Shown here: positions 53,018 to 60,442 of the stretch, one piece after another | Layout: every line of letters begins with the position of its first letter | Position numbering within the stretch: the stretch's first letter is position 1 | Origin: an uncultured Gemmatimonadales bacterium | GTDB taxonomy: Bacteria; Gemmatimonadota; Gemmatimonadetes; Gemmatimonadales; GWC2-71-9 | DNA length: 64,000 nucleotides | Reading direction: 5' to 3' | Assembly (NCBI GenBank): GCA_963828735.1 | Contig: CAWHFW010000006.1 | Location: 1 to 64,000 of the forward strand | The notes under the pieces: model-generated | Told to the model about the DNA's origin: nothing | What the model saw: the letters and a program-made list of their open reading frames with translations, nothing else | The model's database searches: none | Program-made: the position numbers and the translations under genes

Positions 53018-53922
53018 CGATCTATCCCTTCAAGATTCCGCTCCCGTTCTTTCCGCACGAGCTGACCGGCTACGGCCTGATGATGATGGTGGCCTTCCTC
53101 ATGGGAGGCTGGCTGGTGACGCTGGAGCTCCGACGCCGGCGGCTGGCCGAGGACTATTCGGCCGACATGATCGCCGCGGCGGTGATCGGCGGCGTCATCG
53201 GCGCGAAGCTCTGGTATGTCGCCCTCACGCGGGACACGGGGACCCTGTTCGAGCGCGGCGGGTTCGTCTGGTACGGCGGGTTCATCGGCGGCACGATCGC
53301 CGTGATCATCAACGGGTGGCGGCTGCGCGTGCCACTCCGCTGGACGATGCAGCTCGTCGCGCCGGCGCTGGCGGCAGCGTACGCCCTGGGCCGGGTCGGC
53401 TGCTTCCTCGTCAACGACGACTACGGGCGACCCAGCAACCTGCCCTGGGCCGTGAAGTTCCCGCAGGGCCTGCCTCCCTCGACCGCGGGGAACCTCCAGC
53501 ACCTCTTCGGGGTGCCGGTACCCGCAGGCATCGACCCCTCCACGGTGCTGGCCGTCCACCCGACGCAGCTGTACGAGACGGCCATGATGCTGGGCGCGTT
53601 CTTCGTCCTCTGGGCTTGGCGCCTGCGCGCCCGGCCCATCGGGTGGCTGTTCGGCGTGTACCTCGTGTTCGCCGGGTGCGAGCGGTTCCTGATCGAGATT
53701 CTTCGCGCCAAGGACGACCGGTTTCTGGGCCCGTTCACCCTGGCGCAGCTGACATCCGTCATACTGGTGGCGATCGGCGCCTGGGTCATGACCTTGTGGC
53801 ACCACGATCCCGAGCCGGCGCCAGGACCGTACCTGCGCCCCGACAACGACCCCTTGCTGTCAAAGAGCTCGACAGCTGAGGAAGTCGTTGCCACCAAAGG
53901 CGTTACGGGACGGAAGTCCTGA
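53014..53922 (+). CDS. lgt: Prolipoprotein diacylglyceryl transferase
   Basis: WYGGFIGG, GRVGCF, YG, HPTQLYE, RF..E..R. Confidence 0.95.
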   Translation: MTIYPFKIPLPFFPHELTGYGLMMMVAFLMGGWLVTLELRRRRLAEDYSADMIAAAVIGGVIGAKLWYVALTRDTGTLFERGGFVWYGGFIGGTIAVIINGWRLRVPLRWTMQLVAPALAAAYALGRVGCFLVNDDYGRPSNLPWAVKFPQGLPPSTAGNLQHLFGVPVPAGIDPSTVLAVHPTQLYETAMMLGAFFVLWAWRLRARPIGWLFGVYLVFAGCERFLIEILRAKDDRFLGPFTLAQLTSVILVAIGAWVMTLWHHDPEPAPGPYLRPDNDPLLSKSSTAEEVVATKGVTGRKS

Positions 53923-54000
53923 CCGTCGCAAAGGTCGACAAATTCCTGGTGGTAGCGCAAGTAGCAGCATGACGACAAGTCGTTAAATCTCAGTCAATTA
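53858..54000 (+). promoter_or_regulatory. Candidate sigma54 enhancer region: two TGT-N11-ACA-type sites and two IHF-like tracts
   Basis: tgtcaaagagctcgaca (53858-53874) and cgtcgcaaaggtcgaca (53924-53940); aagtcgttg (53882-53890) and caagtcgttaaatctcagtcaatta (53976-54000). Confidence 0.5.
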
Positions 54001-54015
54001 GCTTCGAGCAATGTT

Positions 54016-54030
54016 TGGCACTCGACTTGC
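54016..54030 (+). promoter_or_regulatory. Sigma54 (-24/-12) promoter
   Basis: TGGCAC-tcgac-TTGC with exact GG-N10-GC spacing, in an AT-enriched intergenic region. Confidence 0.85.
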
Positions 54031-54041
54031 CACTGTATAAG

Positions 54042-54185
54042 ACCGAGAAGTCGAAGACTTCATCGGAAAAGTGGTAGGTCGAAGAAGGGTGGAGCAGGCA
54101 CTTCGGCCTGTCTCCGTAAACTCAGGGGGCGATCTACCACCTCTCTACCGAACGGCCCGTCCATGATGGACGGGCCGTTCGTTTT
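54042..54185 (+). ncRNA. Putative sigma54-dependent structured small RNA (~145 nt)
   Basis: Starts at the predicted +1 of the sigma54 promoter; SL1 54043-54066, SL2 54071-54140, CU-rich linker, terminator; no plausible ORF. Confidence 0.7.
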
Positions 54186-54186
54186 G
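54149..54186 (+). terminator. Intrinsic terminator, 15-bp perfect stem plus U tract
   Basis: cgaacggcccgtcca-tga-tggacgggccgttcg-ttttg. Confidence 0.85.
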
Positions 54187-54203
54187 TATCGTCAGCTCGT
54201 GCG

Positions 54204-54689
54204 CTACGGCACGAGCAGATCTCGGTCGGCCACTACGATCCCGTCGCGGTCCGCGTACAAGTGGCAGCCGCGCGTGAAGGTGATCCCCGCGAACGTCACC
54301 GGAAGCCCCTGCTCCCCCGCCCCGGTCCTGCTGCTCTTCCGGGGCACGACGTCGAGCGCCTTGATCCCGATCGCGATGGCCCCGATCTCCCCGGTGTCGC
54401 GAATGCACCCGTGGATCACGATGCCGGTCCAGCCGTTCCGCAGACCCAGCGCGGCCAGGTTGCCGCCGACCAGCGCCGTCCGGCGCGACCCGCCTCCATC
54501 CACCACCAGCACCCGGCCGCGTCCCGGCGACTCCAGCACCTGCCGCACGAGCGCGTTGTCCTCGAGGACCCGCACGGTCTCGACCGCACCCGAAAAAGCG
54601 ACCGAGCCGCCCCAATCACGCAGGAGCGGCTCGGCAACGCGGACCTCCGCGCCGAACTCGTCGCAGAGATCGGCCGTGACCACGGGCAT
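54204..54689 (-). CDS. rraA: RraA family (RNase E regulator / HMG aldolase-like)
   Basis: TADLCD, EDNALV, VLVVDGGGS, GCIRD, LYADRDG. Confidence 0.93.
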   Translation of the reverse strand: MPVVTADLCDEFGAEVRVAEPLLRDWGGSVAFSGAVETVRVLEDNALVRQVLESPGRGRVLVVDGGGSRRTALVGGNLAALGLRNGWTGIVIHGCIRDTGEIGAIAIGIKALDVVPRKSSRTGAGEQGLPVTFAGITFTRGCHLYADRDGIVVADRDLLVP

Positions 54690-56848
54690 CAGCGGGGCGG
54701 TCGCTCGACGGGGACCGTGCGGTCGGCGCACAGGTGCCGGCGCATGCGCTCCACTTCGGCACGCATCTCGGCGAGGTCGGCCTCCATCCGCTCGAGCGAG
54801 CGAAGCAGCTCGACGACGGCGGCTCCGGTAACGGCGTCGGCCGGCACGCGCGCCGGCGGCGCGTGAGGCTCGGGCGTGCCGGCGACCGGTGGCCGCGGCT
54901 CGGGCACCATGACGGTGGTCCTCCCGCGCACCCGCCGCGGCTCGAGGACGAACGTCCATAGCAGCGCCACGATGGCCAGCACGACCAGGACCGCCTGCGC
55001 GCCGAGCGATTCGGCCGTCGGGTAGATGCCGAGCGCGGGGATGCGTGGCGCCCAGGGGAGAATCGTGGTCCCGATCAGATCGCCTTCCTGCAGCTCGGCG
55101 ATGCCCTTGCCGGCGAAGACGAACGCCATGTAGTAGAGGAAGGCGCTCGTGACGGCGAAGAACGGCTTGAGCGGGAGGCGCACCCCGAATCGGTTGATGG
55201 CGATGTAGACGCCGACCAGGATGATCGCGCCGGCGACGATACCGGCCACCACGGGCATCGTGGCGCCCGCTCCCGCCACGAACAGCGCCTTGTAGAACAG
55301 CACCGTCTCGAACCCCTCGCGATAGACCGCGAGGAAGGCAGCGGAGGCGAGGGCCAGGGCGGAGCCGCTGTCGAGCGCGTCCTGCACCTTGCTCTTCACG
55401 AAGCGGTTCCACTTGACCACTTCCATCTTGGACAGCAGCCAGTAGCTGACGTAGAACAGCACGCCGGTCGCGACCACCATCGTGGCGCCCTCGAGCGCCT
55501 CGCGGTGCGCCGGGCTCAGGACGAAGATGGTCTCGAGCGCCACGGCCGTGAGCAGGCTGGCGCCCACCGCCGCCCCGACACCGATATTGATGTCCCGCTT
55601 GCGGTGGCTCGCGCCCATCTTCACGAGGAAGGTCATCAAGGCGCCGACGATCAGGATCGCCTCGAGCCCCTCGCGCAGCATGATGATGAACGACTGGAGG
55701 AACAGGTTGAGCGAGGAATCCCGATCGCCCAGCATGCGCTCGGCGTTTTCGAGTCCGGCGTCGAGCTGCCGCCGCAGCGCCGTCAGCTCCGCCGGCGTCG
55801 CGCCTCCGGCGGCGCGGGTCCGGAGGGAGGCGAAGGCGGTCTCGAGCTCGGTGGCGAGATTCGGACTCTTGGCCCGCACCCCGGGCTCGACCTGCTCGAA
55901 GGTCATGTATGCATCGAACGCGCGCGCGCTCGCCGCGGGGTCCCCCGCGCGGGCAAGGGTGAACGCCGAGTCGAGCTGTCGCCGCACCTGTGCGAAGACC
56001 TCGGCGGTGGCGCCACCCGTGTGATCGGCCTGGAAGGTGCGCACGGCGGCGAGCCGGCCGAGCGCCTCGGGATCGGCGGCGTTGCCGGCGCCGAGGGCCG
56101 CGAGCACCTGGTCGTCCGACATTTTGCCGCTCGTGGCGAAGGCGCGGAGCGACGGCGGCACCTCGCCGCGAGGCGCGGGCAGCCGGAGCACGCTCGCGTA
56201 GAGCGCGGTGGCCCACCGATCTTCGACCGGCAAGCGGCCCTCGAACGCCGGCATCGCCGTGCCGACGGTGCCGATGCTGATGCGGCGGTAGTAGTCGAGC
56301 GGAGAGACGTCCCGAAGGGCCGACCCGTCGGCCAGGTTCGCGGGCGGGGGCGAGAGGCCGGCGGCCTGGGGACCGTCACCGCGGCCCACGGCGCCATGGC
56401 AGCCGGCGCAGTTCGCCTGGTAGACCTCGGCGCCGCGGGAGAGTGCGGGAGTGAGCGACGGCAGCTCATCGAGCGTGACGCCGAGCCGCGTCGTCAGGCC
56501 TTCGCCAAGCGACCGGACCCGCGCGTCGAGCGAATCGGGCGGCGCGGTCTCGGCGACGAGCCGCAGCAACCTGTCGATGTCGCCGGTCGCCGCTTTGGCC
56601 GCGTCCCCCGGCAGCAACGCTGCCGAGCGTCGGGCCTCCTGGAGGAAAAGAGTCGCCTCCTCCACCTCGGCCTTGGCCACGACCCGACCGTCTACGACTC
56701 CGACCCGGTACTCCTGGGCCGCCAGCTGCGCGGTGGCCGCTACCCGACGGGCAACGGGCGCCCGATCCTGAGCCACGCTGGGCTCCTGCTGCTGCGGCAA
56801 CGCCGCCGCTGCCAACAGGATCGGGAGGATGCCATCAATGAGAATCAT
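54689..56848 (-). CDS. Cytochrome c - FTR1 iron permease fusion (true start may be 56870 with one indel)
   Basis: CxxCH (CAGCH) with TAMPAF distal ligand; two RExxE motifs (REGLE, REGFE); ELQEG. Confidence 0.93.
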   Translation of the reverse strand: MILIDGILPILLAAAALPQQQEPSVAQDRAPVARRVAATAQLAAQEYRVGVVDGRVVAKAEVEEATLFLQEARRSAALLPGDAAKAATGDIDRLLRLVAETAPPDSLDARVRSLGEGLTTRLGVTLDELPSLTPALSRGAEVYQANCAGCHGAVGRGDGPQAAGLSPPPANLADGSALRDVSPLDYYRRISIGTVGTAMPAFEGRLPVEDRWATALYASVLRLPAPRGEVPPSLRAFATSGKMSDDQVLAALGAGNAADPEALGRLAAVRTFQADHTGGATAEVFAQVRRQLDSAFTLARAGDPAASARAFDAYMTFEQVEPGVRAKSPNLATELETAFASLRTRAAGGATPAELTALRRQLDAGLENAERMLGDRDSSLNLFLQSFIIMLREGLEAILIVGALMTFLVKMGASHRKRDINIGVGAAVGASLLTAVALETIFVLSPAHREALEGATMVVATGVLFYVSYWLLSKMEVVKWNRFVKSKVQDALDSGSALALASAAFLAVYREGFETVLFYKALFVAGAGATMPVVAGIVAGAIILVGVYIAINRFGVRLPLKPFFAVTSAFLYYMAFVFAGKGIAELQEGDLIGTTILPWAPRIPALGIYPTAESLGAQAVLVVLAIVALLWTFVLEPRRVRGRTTVMVPEPRPPVAGTPEPHAPPARVPADAVTGAAVVELLRSLERMEADLAEMRAEVERMRRHLCADRTVPVERPPR

Positions 56849-56853
56849 TTTCA
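56839..56853. promoter_or_regulatory. Fur box (7-1-7 inverted repeat) overlapping the 5' end of the FTR1 gene
   Basis: TGAGAAT-C-ATTTTCA versus consensus TGATAATnATTATCA. Confidence 0.75.
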
Positions 56854-56876
56854 GTCGGTCTGCGAAACATGAGCCT

Positions 56877-56905
56877 AAACTAGAGTCCGCAGGTCGGAAT
56901 TGCTA
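56877..56905 (-). promoter_or_regulatory. Candidate sigma70 promoter for FTR1
   Basis: TAGCAA-N17-TAGTTT on the - strand, with an ATG 6 nt downstream at 56870. Confidence 0.5.
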
Positions 56906-57058
56906 GAGAGGAGGCCAGCGCACGTGGATATCGCCAGGTGGGACGCCCGCGCGGTCGCGGCGACAGTGTCAACGCAGCGCCCGGCCATCTCCCGGCAGGA
57001 TGGCTGCGGACTTGTTGTTAGGCCTGCGGGCTGCTCCAGCCAAGTCTCTGATTATCGG

Positions 57059-57448
57059 TCACCGGGCCGTTCCAACCACCGCCACGGCCCCCGCCGAGGT
57101 CGCGGAATGGGTGAGCGAGACCTGCACCACCAGTCCACCGTGCTCGGCTGCGAGCTGTTCCGCCAGGCCGTGGAGTCGAATGGCCGGGCGGCCGTCGCCG
57201 TCCCGTAGCACCTCGATATCGCGCCAGCCTATGGCTCGGGCTCCCTGCAGCGATTGCAGCGCCTTGTACACCGCCTCCTTCGCGGCGATCCGCGCGGCTG
57301 CATGGCCGGTGGGGTCGGGACGGGTGGCAAGGTACGCGCGCTCGTCGTCGGTGAAGAACCGTTGCATGGCATAGTCGCCCTTGTTGGCGAACAGGCGGGC
57401 CACGCGTTCCAGGTCCACCAGGTCGATCCCAACGCCGATGACGTTCAC
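57059..57448 (-). CDS. acpS: Holo-ACP synthase
   Basis: IGVGIDLV, AARIAAKEAVYKAL, GRP, SLTH. Confidence 0.95.
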   Translation of the reverse strand: MNVIGVGIDLVDLERVARLFANKGDYAMQRFFTDDERAYLATRPDPTGHAAARIAAKEAVYKALQSLQGARAIGWRDIEVLRDGDGRPAIRLHGLAEQLAAEHGGLVVQVSLTHSATSAGAVAVVGTAR

Positions 57449-58200
57449 AGCCAGCTCCACACGATGGCGGCAAGGCCCCGTAGCGGGGGCGGCACCGGGA
57501 CGTAGCCGCCGAGCACGAGGCCCAGGTAGACGGCGACCCCGAGCAGGACTGCCGTCATGGTCCACACCGGCCAGCCGGGCCGCCGCCAGTCCCTCACCTG
57601 GGCGATCTCCGCCGCCCAGCGATCCTGCTCGGCGCGAGACGCTGCTTCGAGCGCCAGCCATGCCGCCTCGAGCCGCCGCGCGGCCGCGGCCACGGCGGCC
57701 TGCCAGCTCCGTGCGCCGGCGAGGTCCTTCCCCCGCGCTCCGGCCGTCACGTTCGCCGCCTGTTCCATCGCATCGAGTGCCGCCACGAACGGGCCTCCGC
57801 CGCTTCCGAGCCGGGCCGCGACCGCCCGGGTGTCCTCATCGGTGAGGAGGAGTCGTGCGAGCCGCCGCGGCGGATAGCGCGACTCCTCGGCGGCCACCTG
57901 CAGCCCCGTGTTCGCCTCGGCCGCGATCCGGGCGGCAGCCGCAGCCACCGCCCTCTCCCACAAGCCGAGCCACGCCACCCGCCCGAGCGAGGCAACCGCG
58001 CCATCACGGTCGCCGGCCGCGCCGAACGACCGGCCCGCGCCCGCGAGGTCGAACACCCCGGTGACGAGGTCGGTCCGGATGTCGTCGAAGGCGAGGCGCA
58101 ACGCGCCGCGCGCGACGCCGGTGGGCGCGACCAGCTGCCCAAGGGAAGGCCCGAGCTCGGGCACGACCCAGGCGGATTCGGGGTGAGACGCCATGGTCAC
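57445..58200 (-). CDS. Hypothetical helical protein with a C-terminal TM anchor
   Basis: Overlaps both neighbours by 4 nt; hydrophobic C-terminal segment VWTMTAVLLGVAVYLGLVLGG. Confidence 0.75.
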   Translation of the reverse strand: MTMASHPESAWVVPELGPSLGQLVAPTGVARGALRLAFDDIRTDLVTGVFDLAGAGRSFGAAGDRDGAVASLGRVAWLGLWERAVAAAAARIAAEANTGLQVAAEESRYPPRRLARLLLTDEDTRAVAARLGSGGGPFVAALDAMEQAANVTAGARGKDLAGARSWQAAVAAAARRLEAAWLALEAASRAEQDRWAAEIAQVRDWRRPGWPVWTMTAVLLGVAVYLGLVLGGYVPVPPPLRGLAAIVWSWL

Positions 58201-58766
58201 GGGAAAGCGAGGAGGGCGGTGGTCCCGCTGCGCGCCTCGAAACGGCGCACGAATTCGGTCAGGGAATCCGCGCTGAATGCCTGGCGCGGAAGGCCGGACA
58301 CCTCGATGGCGCGCTCGATCGCGGCGGGCCGGCCCTCGATCTCGACCAGCGGATCCATCCGCGGATAGTACTCCAGGCGGACGGCCGCTCCATCCAGGTC
58401 GAAGATCTCGACGTCACGATCCATGGCGTGCACGACCTCGTACCCGAGGGCCGACAGCAACTCGTGAGGTGACGCGTCGGCAGCGCCGGTCACGGGAAGT
58501 TCCAGTTCGGCCCGCTGCTTGTAGCCCTGGAGCGAGCGACGCGCGGGCCCCTTCCATCCGAGCACCGCCGTGATCCGACCGTCGGGGCGATGGTAGCTCC
58601 GCACGCGCAGCACTTCGTCTCGGCCAGCGAGCTCGCCACCCGGCCGATCGTAGCGCCGGTCGCTCATCCGGCCGCGGAACCGTTCGACGGCCCCGGCGGC
58701 CAGCAAGCCGGCGCGCAGCGAATCGGGATCGGGAATGACGGCCTTGAGCTCCAGCTCGTCAGGCAT
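58197..58766 (-). CDS. CYTH domain protein (class IV adenylate cyclase-like)
   Basis: ExExK (ELELK), DRRYD, LRVR, WKGP, VEIEG. Confidence 0.88.
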   Translation of the reverse strand: MPDELELKAVIPDPDSLRAGLLAAGAVERFRGRMSDRRYDRPGGELAGRDEVLRVRSYHRPDGRITAVLGWKGPARRSLQGYKQRAELELPVTGAADASPHELLSALGYEVVHAMDRDVEIFDLDGAAVRLEYYPRMDPLVEIEGRPAAIERAIEVSGLPRQAFSADSLTEFVRRFEARSGTTALLAFP

Positions 58767-58787
58767 GCGGTGGCGGCGTCCTCTCGC

Positions 58788-59486
58788 TCACTCGAGGATC
58801 GCGCCCACGACCGCGTCGGTGTTCTGGAGGTCCTCGAAGACGACGTGAGGACCGCACGCCTCGAGATCGGCCACGGAGTAGGACCCGGTCGCCACCGCGA
58901 CCGCGCGCGCCTCGATGCCCGAGCCGCAGGCGACGTCCGCCGGCGTGTCGCCGATGATGACGACCTCGGCGCCGCGCGGGACGCGGCCGAAGATGGCCTC
59001 GGCGCGGCGCGCGGCGATGGGCGGCAGGTCGGACCGGTGGGCCGAGTCGGATCCGTACGCGCCCACGCGGAATCGCTCGGGCGCGATCCCGCCGGAGCGG
59101 AGCTTGAGCGCGGCGCCCTCCGCCAGGTTGCCGGTCAGGAGGCCGAGCACCACGCCGGGCTCGGCCTCGAGCCGTTTCAGCAGTGGATGCACGCCCGGCA
59201 TGATTGTCGTGCGGGCGACGGGGCGCTGGAGCTCACGCGCGAGATACGCGACGTAGCGGTCGCACAGCGCGCGAACCCGGGGCGACTCACGCGTCTCGAC
59301 CTGCCCCGCCGCCTCGAGCATCTCGGTGACGATCTGCGGATCCGTCTTGCCGTCGAACCGGATGGTCTCGAAGGCGGGGACCGGTCCGACTTCCTCGGTC
59401 AGCGCGGCGAGGATCGCCCGGCGGCCGGCGCCCGCGGTGAGCAGGATGGTGCCGTCGATGTCGAACAGGACCAGCTTCCGCGTCAC
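58788..59486 (-). CDS. HAD-family hydrolase
   Basis: LFDIDGT, LLTGN, IGDTPAD. Confidence 0.92.
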   Translation of the reverse strand: MTRKLVLFDIDGTILLTAGAGRRAILAALTEEVGPVPAFETIRFDGKTDPQIVTEMLEAAGQVETRESPRVRALCDRYVAYLARELQRPVARTTIMPGVHPLLKRLEAEPGVVLGLLTGNLAEGAALKLRSGGIAPERFRVGAYGSDSAHRSDLPPIAARRAEAIFGRVPRGAEVVIIGDTPADVACGSGIEARAVAVATGSYSVADLEACGPHVVFEDLQNTDAVVGAILE

Positions 59487-60265
59487 CGCTCCTCCAGCCG
59501 CCTCACGGCGACGAGCCGCTCACGGAGCGACGCGGCCCGGCTCCCCGGCAGCCAGGGCTCCTGAACCATACCGCCCACGGACAGCGTCGAATGGACCAGG
59601 GTATCCGCCTCGCCCGCGAAGGCGACGTGCGTGACGCGCTCCCGGTCGTCGCGGAAGAACAGCAGGTCGCCGGGACGAATCGCGTCGGCCGACACCGGCG
59701 CTCCGCAGGTGACCTGTTGCGACGAATCGCGGGGCAGCGACACGCCGCGGGCGAGGAAGGTCGTCTGCACGACACCCGAGCAATCGACACCGCACGGCGT
59801 GACCCCGCCCCATTCGTATGGCGCCCCGGCGAAGTACTCGAGCGCCCAGCGCTCGGGCGCCTTGGCACGCGCCGCCGCGACCGCCTCCTCGCCGGGGGTG
59901 ACGACGCCCTCGACGAGTCGAGCGCGCCGGCCATCGGGCAGGCCGATCGTCTCGCCGTTCATGGCCACCCGGGCCCGAAGCGGGAGGCGCACGCGCACGT
60001 CGCCCGCGCGGACCACCGCCCCCTGGCTCCAGCCGCTGGCGTCCTGCTGCCACGCGTCCGCGTCCGCCTCGGGGACTTCCGCGCAGTACCCTACGTGGAC
60101 CCAGCCGACGTACTGGTCCACGTGCGTGCGCACCTTCCGCCACTCGCGGGCCGCCTCGAGAATGGTGGCGACTTCACCGAGGACGAGCTGGCTCGTCTGC
60201 TCGGAGCGGAGGGTCGGCTCCGCGTGGAGGGGAGCGATGGCGGCCCGCGCGATGAGATGAGTCAC
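59483..60265 (-). CDS. SH3b + NlpC/P60 peptidase (YkfC-like), no signal peptide
   Basis: SQLVLGE, YVGWV, PYEWGG, GVDCSG, PGDLLFF, HVA, VHS. Confidence 0.92.
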   Translation of the reverse strand: MTHLIARAAIAPLHAEPTLRSEQTSQLVLGEVATILEAAREWRKVRTHVDQYVGWVHVGYCAEVPEADADAWQQDASGWSQGAVVRAGDVRVRLPLRARVAMNGETIGLPDGRRARLVEGVVTPGEEAVAAARAKAPERWALEYFAGAPYEWGGVTPCGVDCSGVVQTTFLARGVSLPRDSSQQVTCGAPVSADAIRPGDLLFFRDDRERVTHVAFAGEADTLVHSTLSVGGMVQEPWLPGSRAASLRERLVAVRRLEER

Positions 60266-60435
60266 GAGCTGGCGGCGTCCTTGGCGGCGCACTCGCGGCA
60301 GAGGGTCACGCCCTGAAAGGTGCAGATGAGGCAGATGAACGTCCCGCAGCGCGTACAGGGATAGCCCTCGGACGCGCGCTCCTCGCGCCCGCAGGCCCGG
60401 CACCCCATGGCGTCGTGCTCCTTGATGTCGGCCAT
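60262..60435 (-). CDS. 57-aa microprotein with four CxxC pairs (below the ORF-track cut-off)
   Basis: MADIKEHDAMGCRACGREERASEGYPCTRCGTFICLICTFQGVTLCRECAAKDAASS; GAGG RBS; GTGA overlap with the NlpC/P60 gene. Confidence 0.85.
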   Translation of the reverse strand: MADIKEHDAMGCRACGREERASEGYPCTRCGTFICLICTFQGVTLCRECAAKDAASS

Positions 60436-60442
60436 GGCGACC

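Noticed and set aside
54042..54185. Assignment of the ncRNA as tRNA, SRP, 6S, CsrB-type RNA or a riboswitch
   Set aside because: No cloverleaf, no SRP domain IV motif, not a single 6S-like rod, no GGA loop array, and no downstream gene on the same strand.
54690..56216. Apparent 670-aa protein ending in RraA
   Set aside because: The upstream part is an alternate frame of FTR1; RraA starts at ATG 54689.
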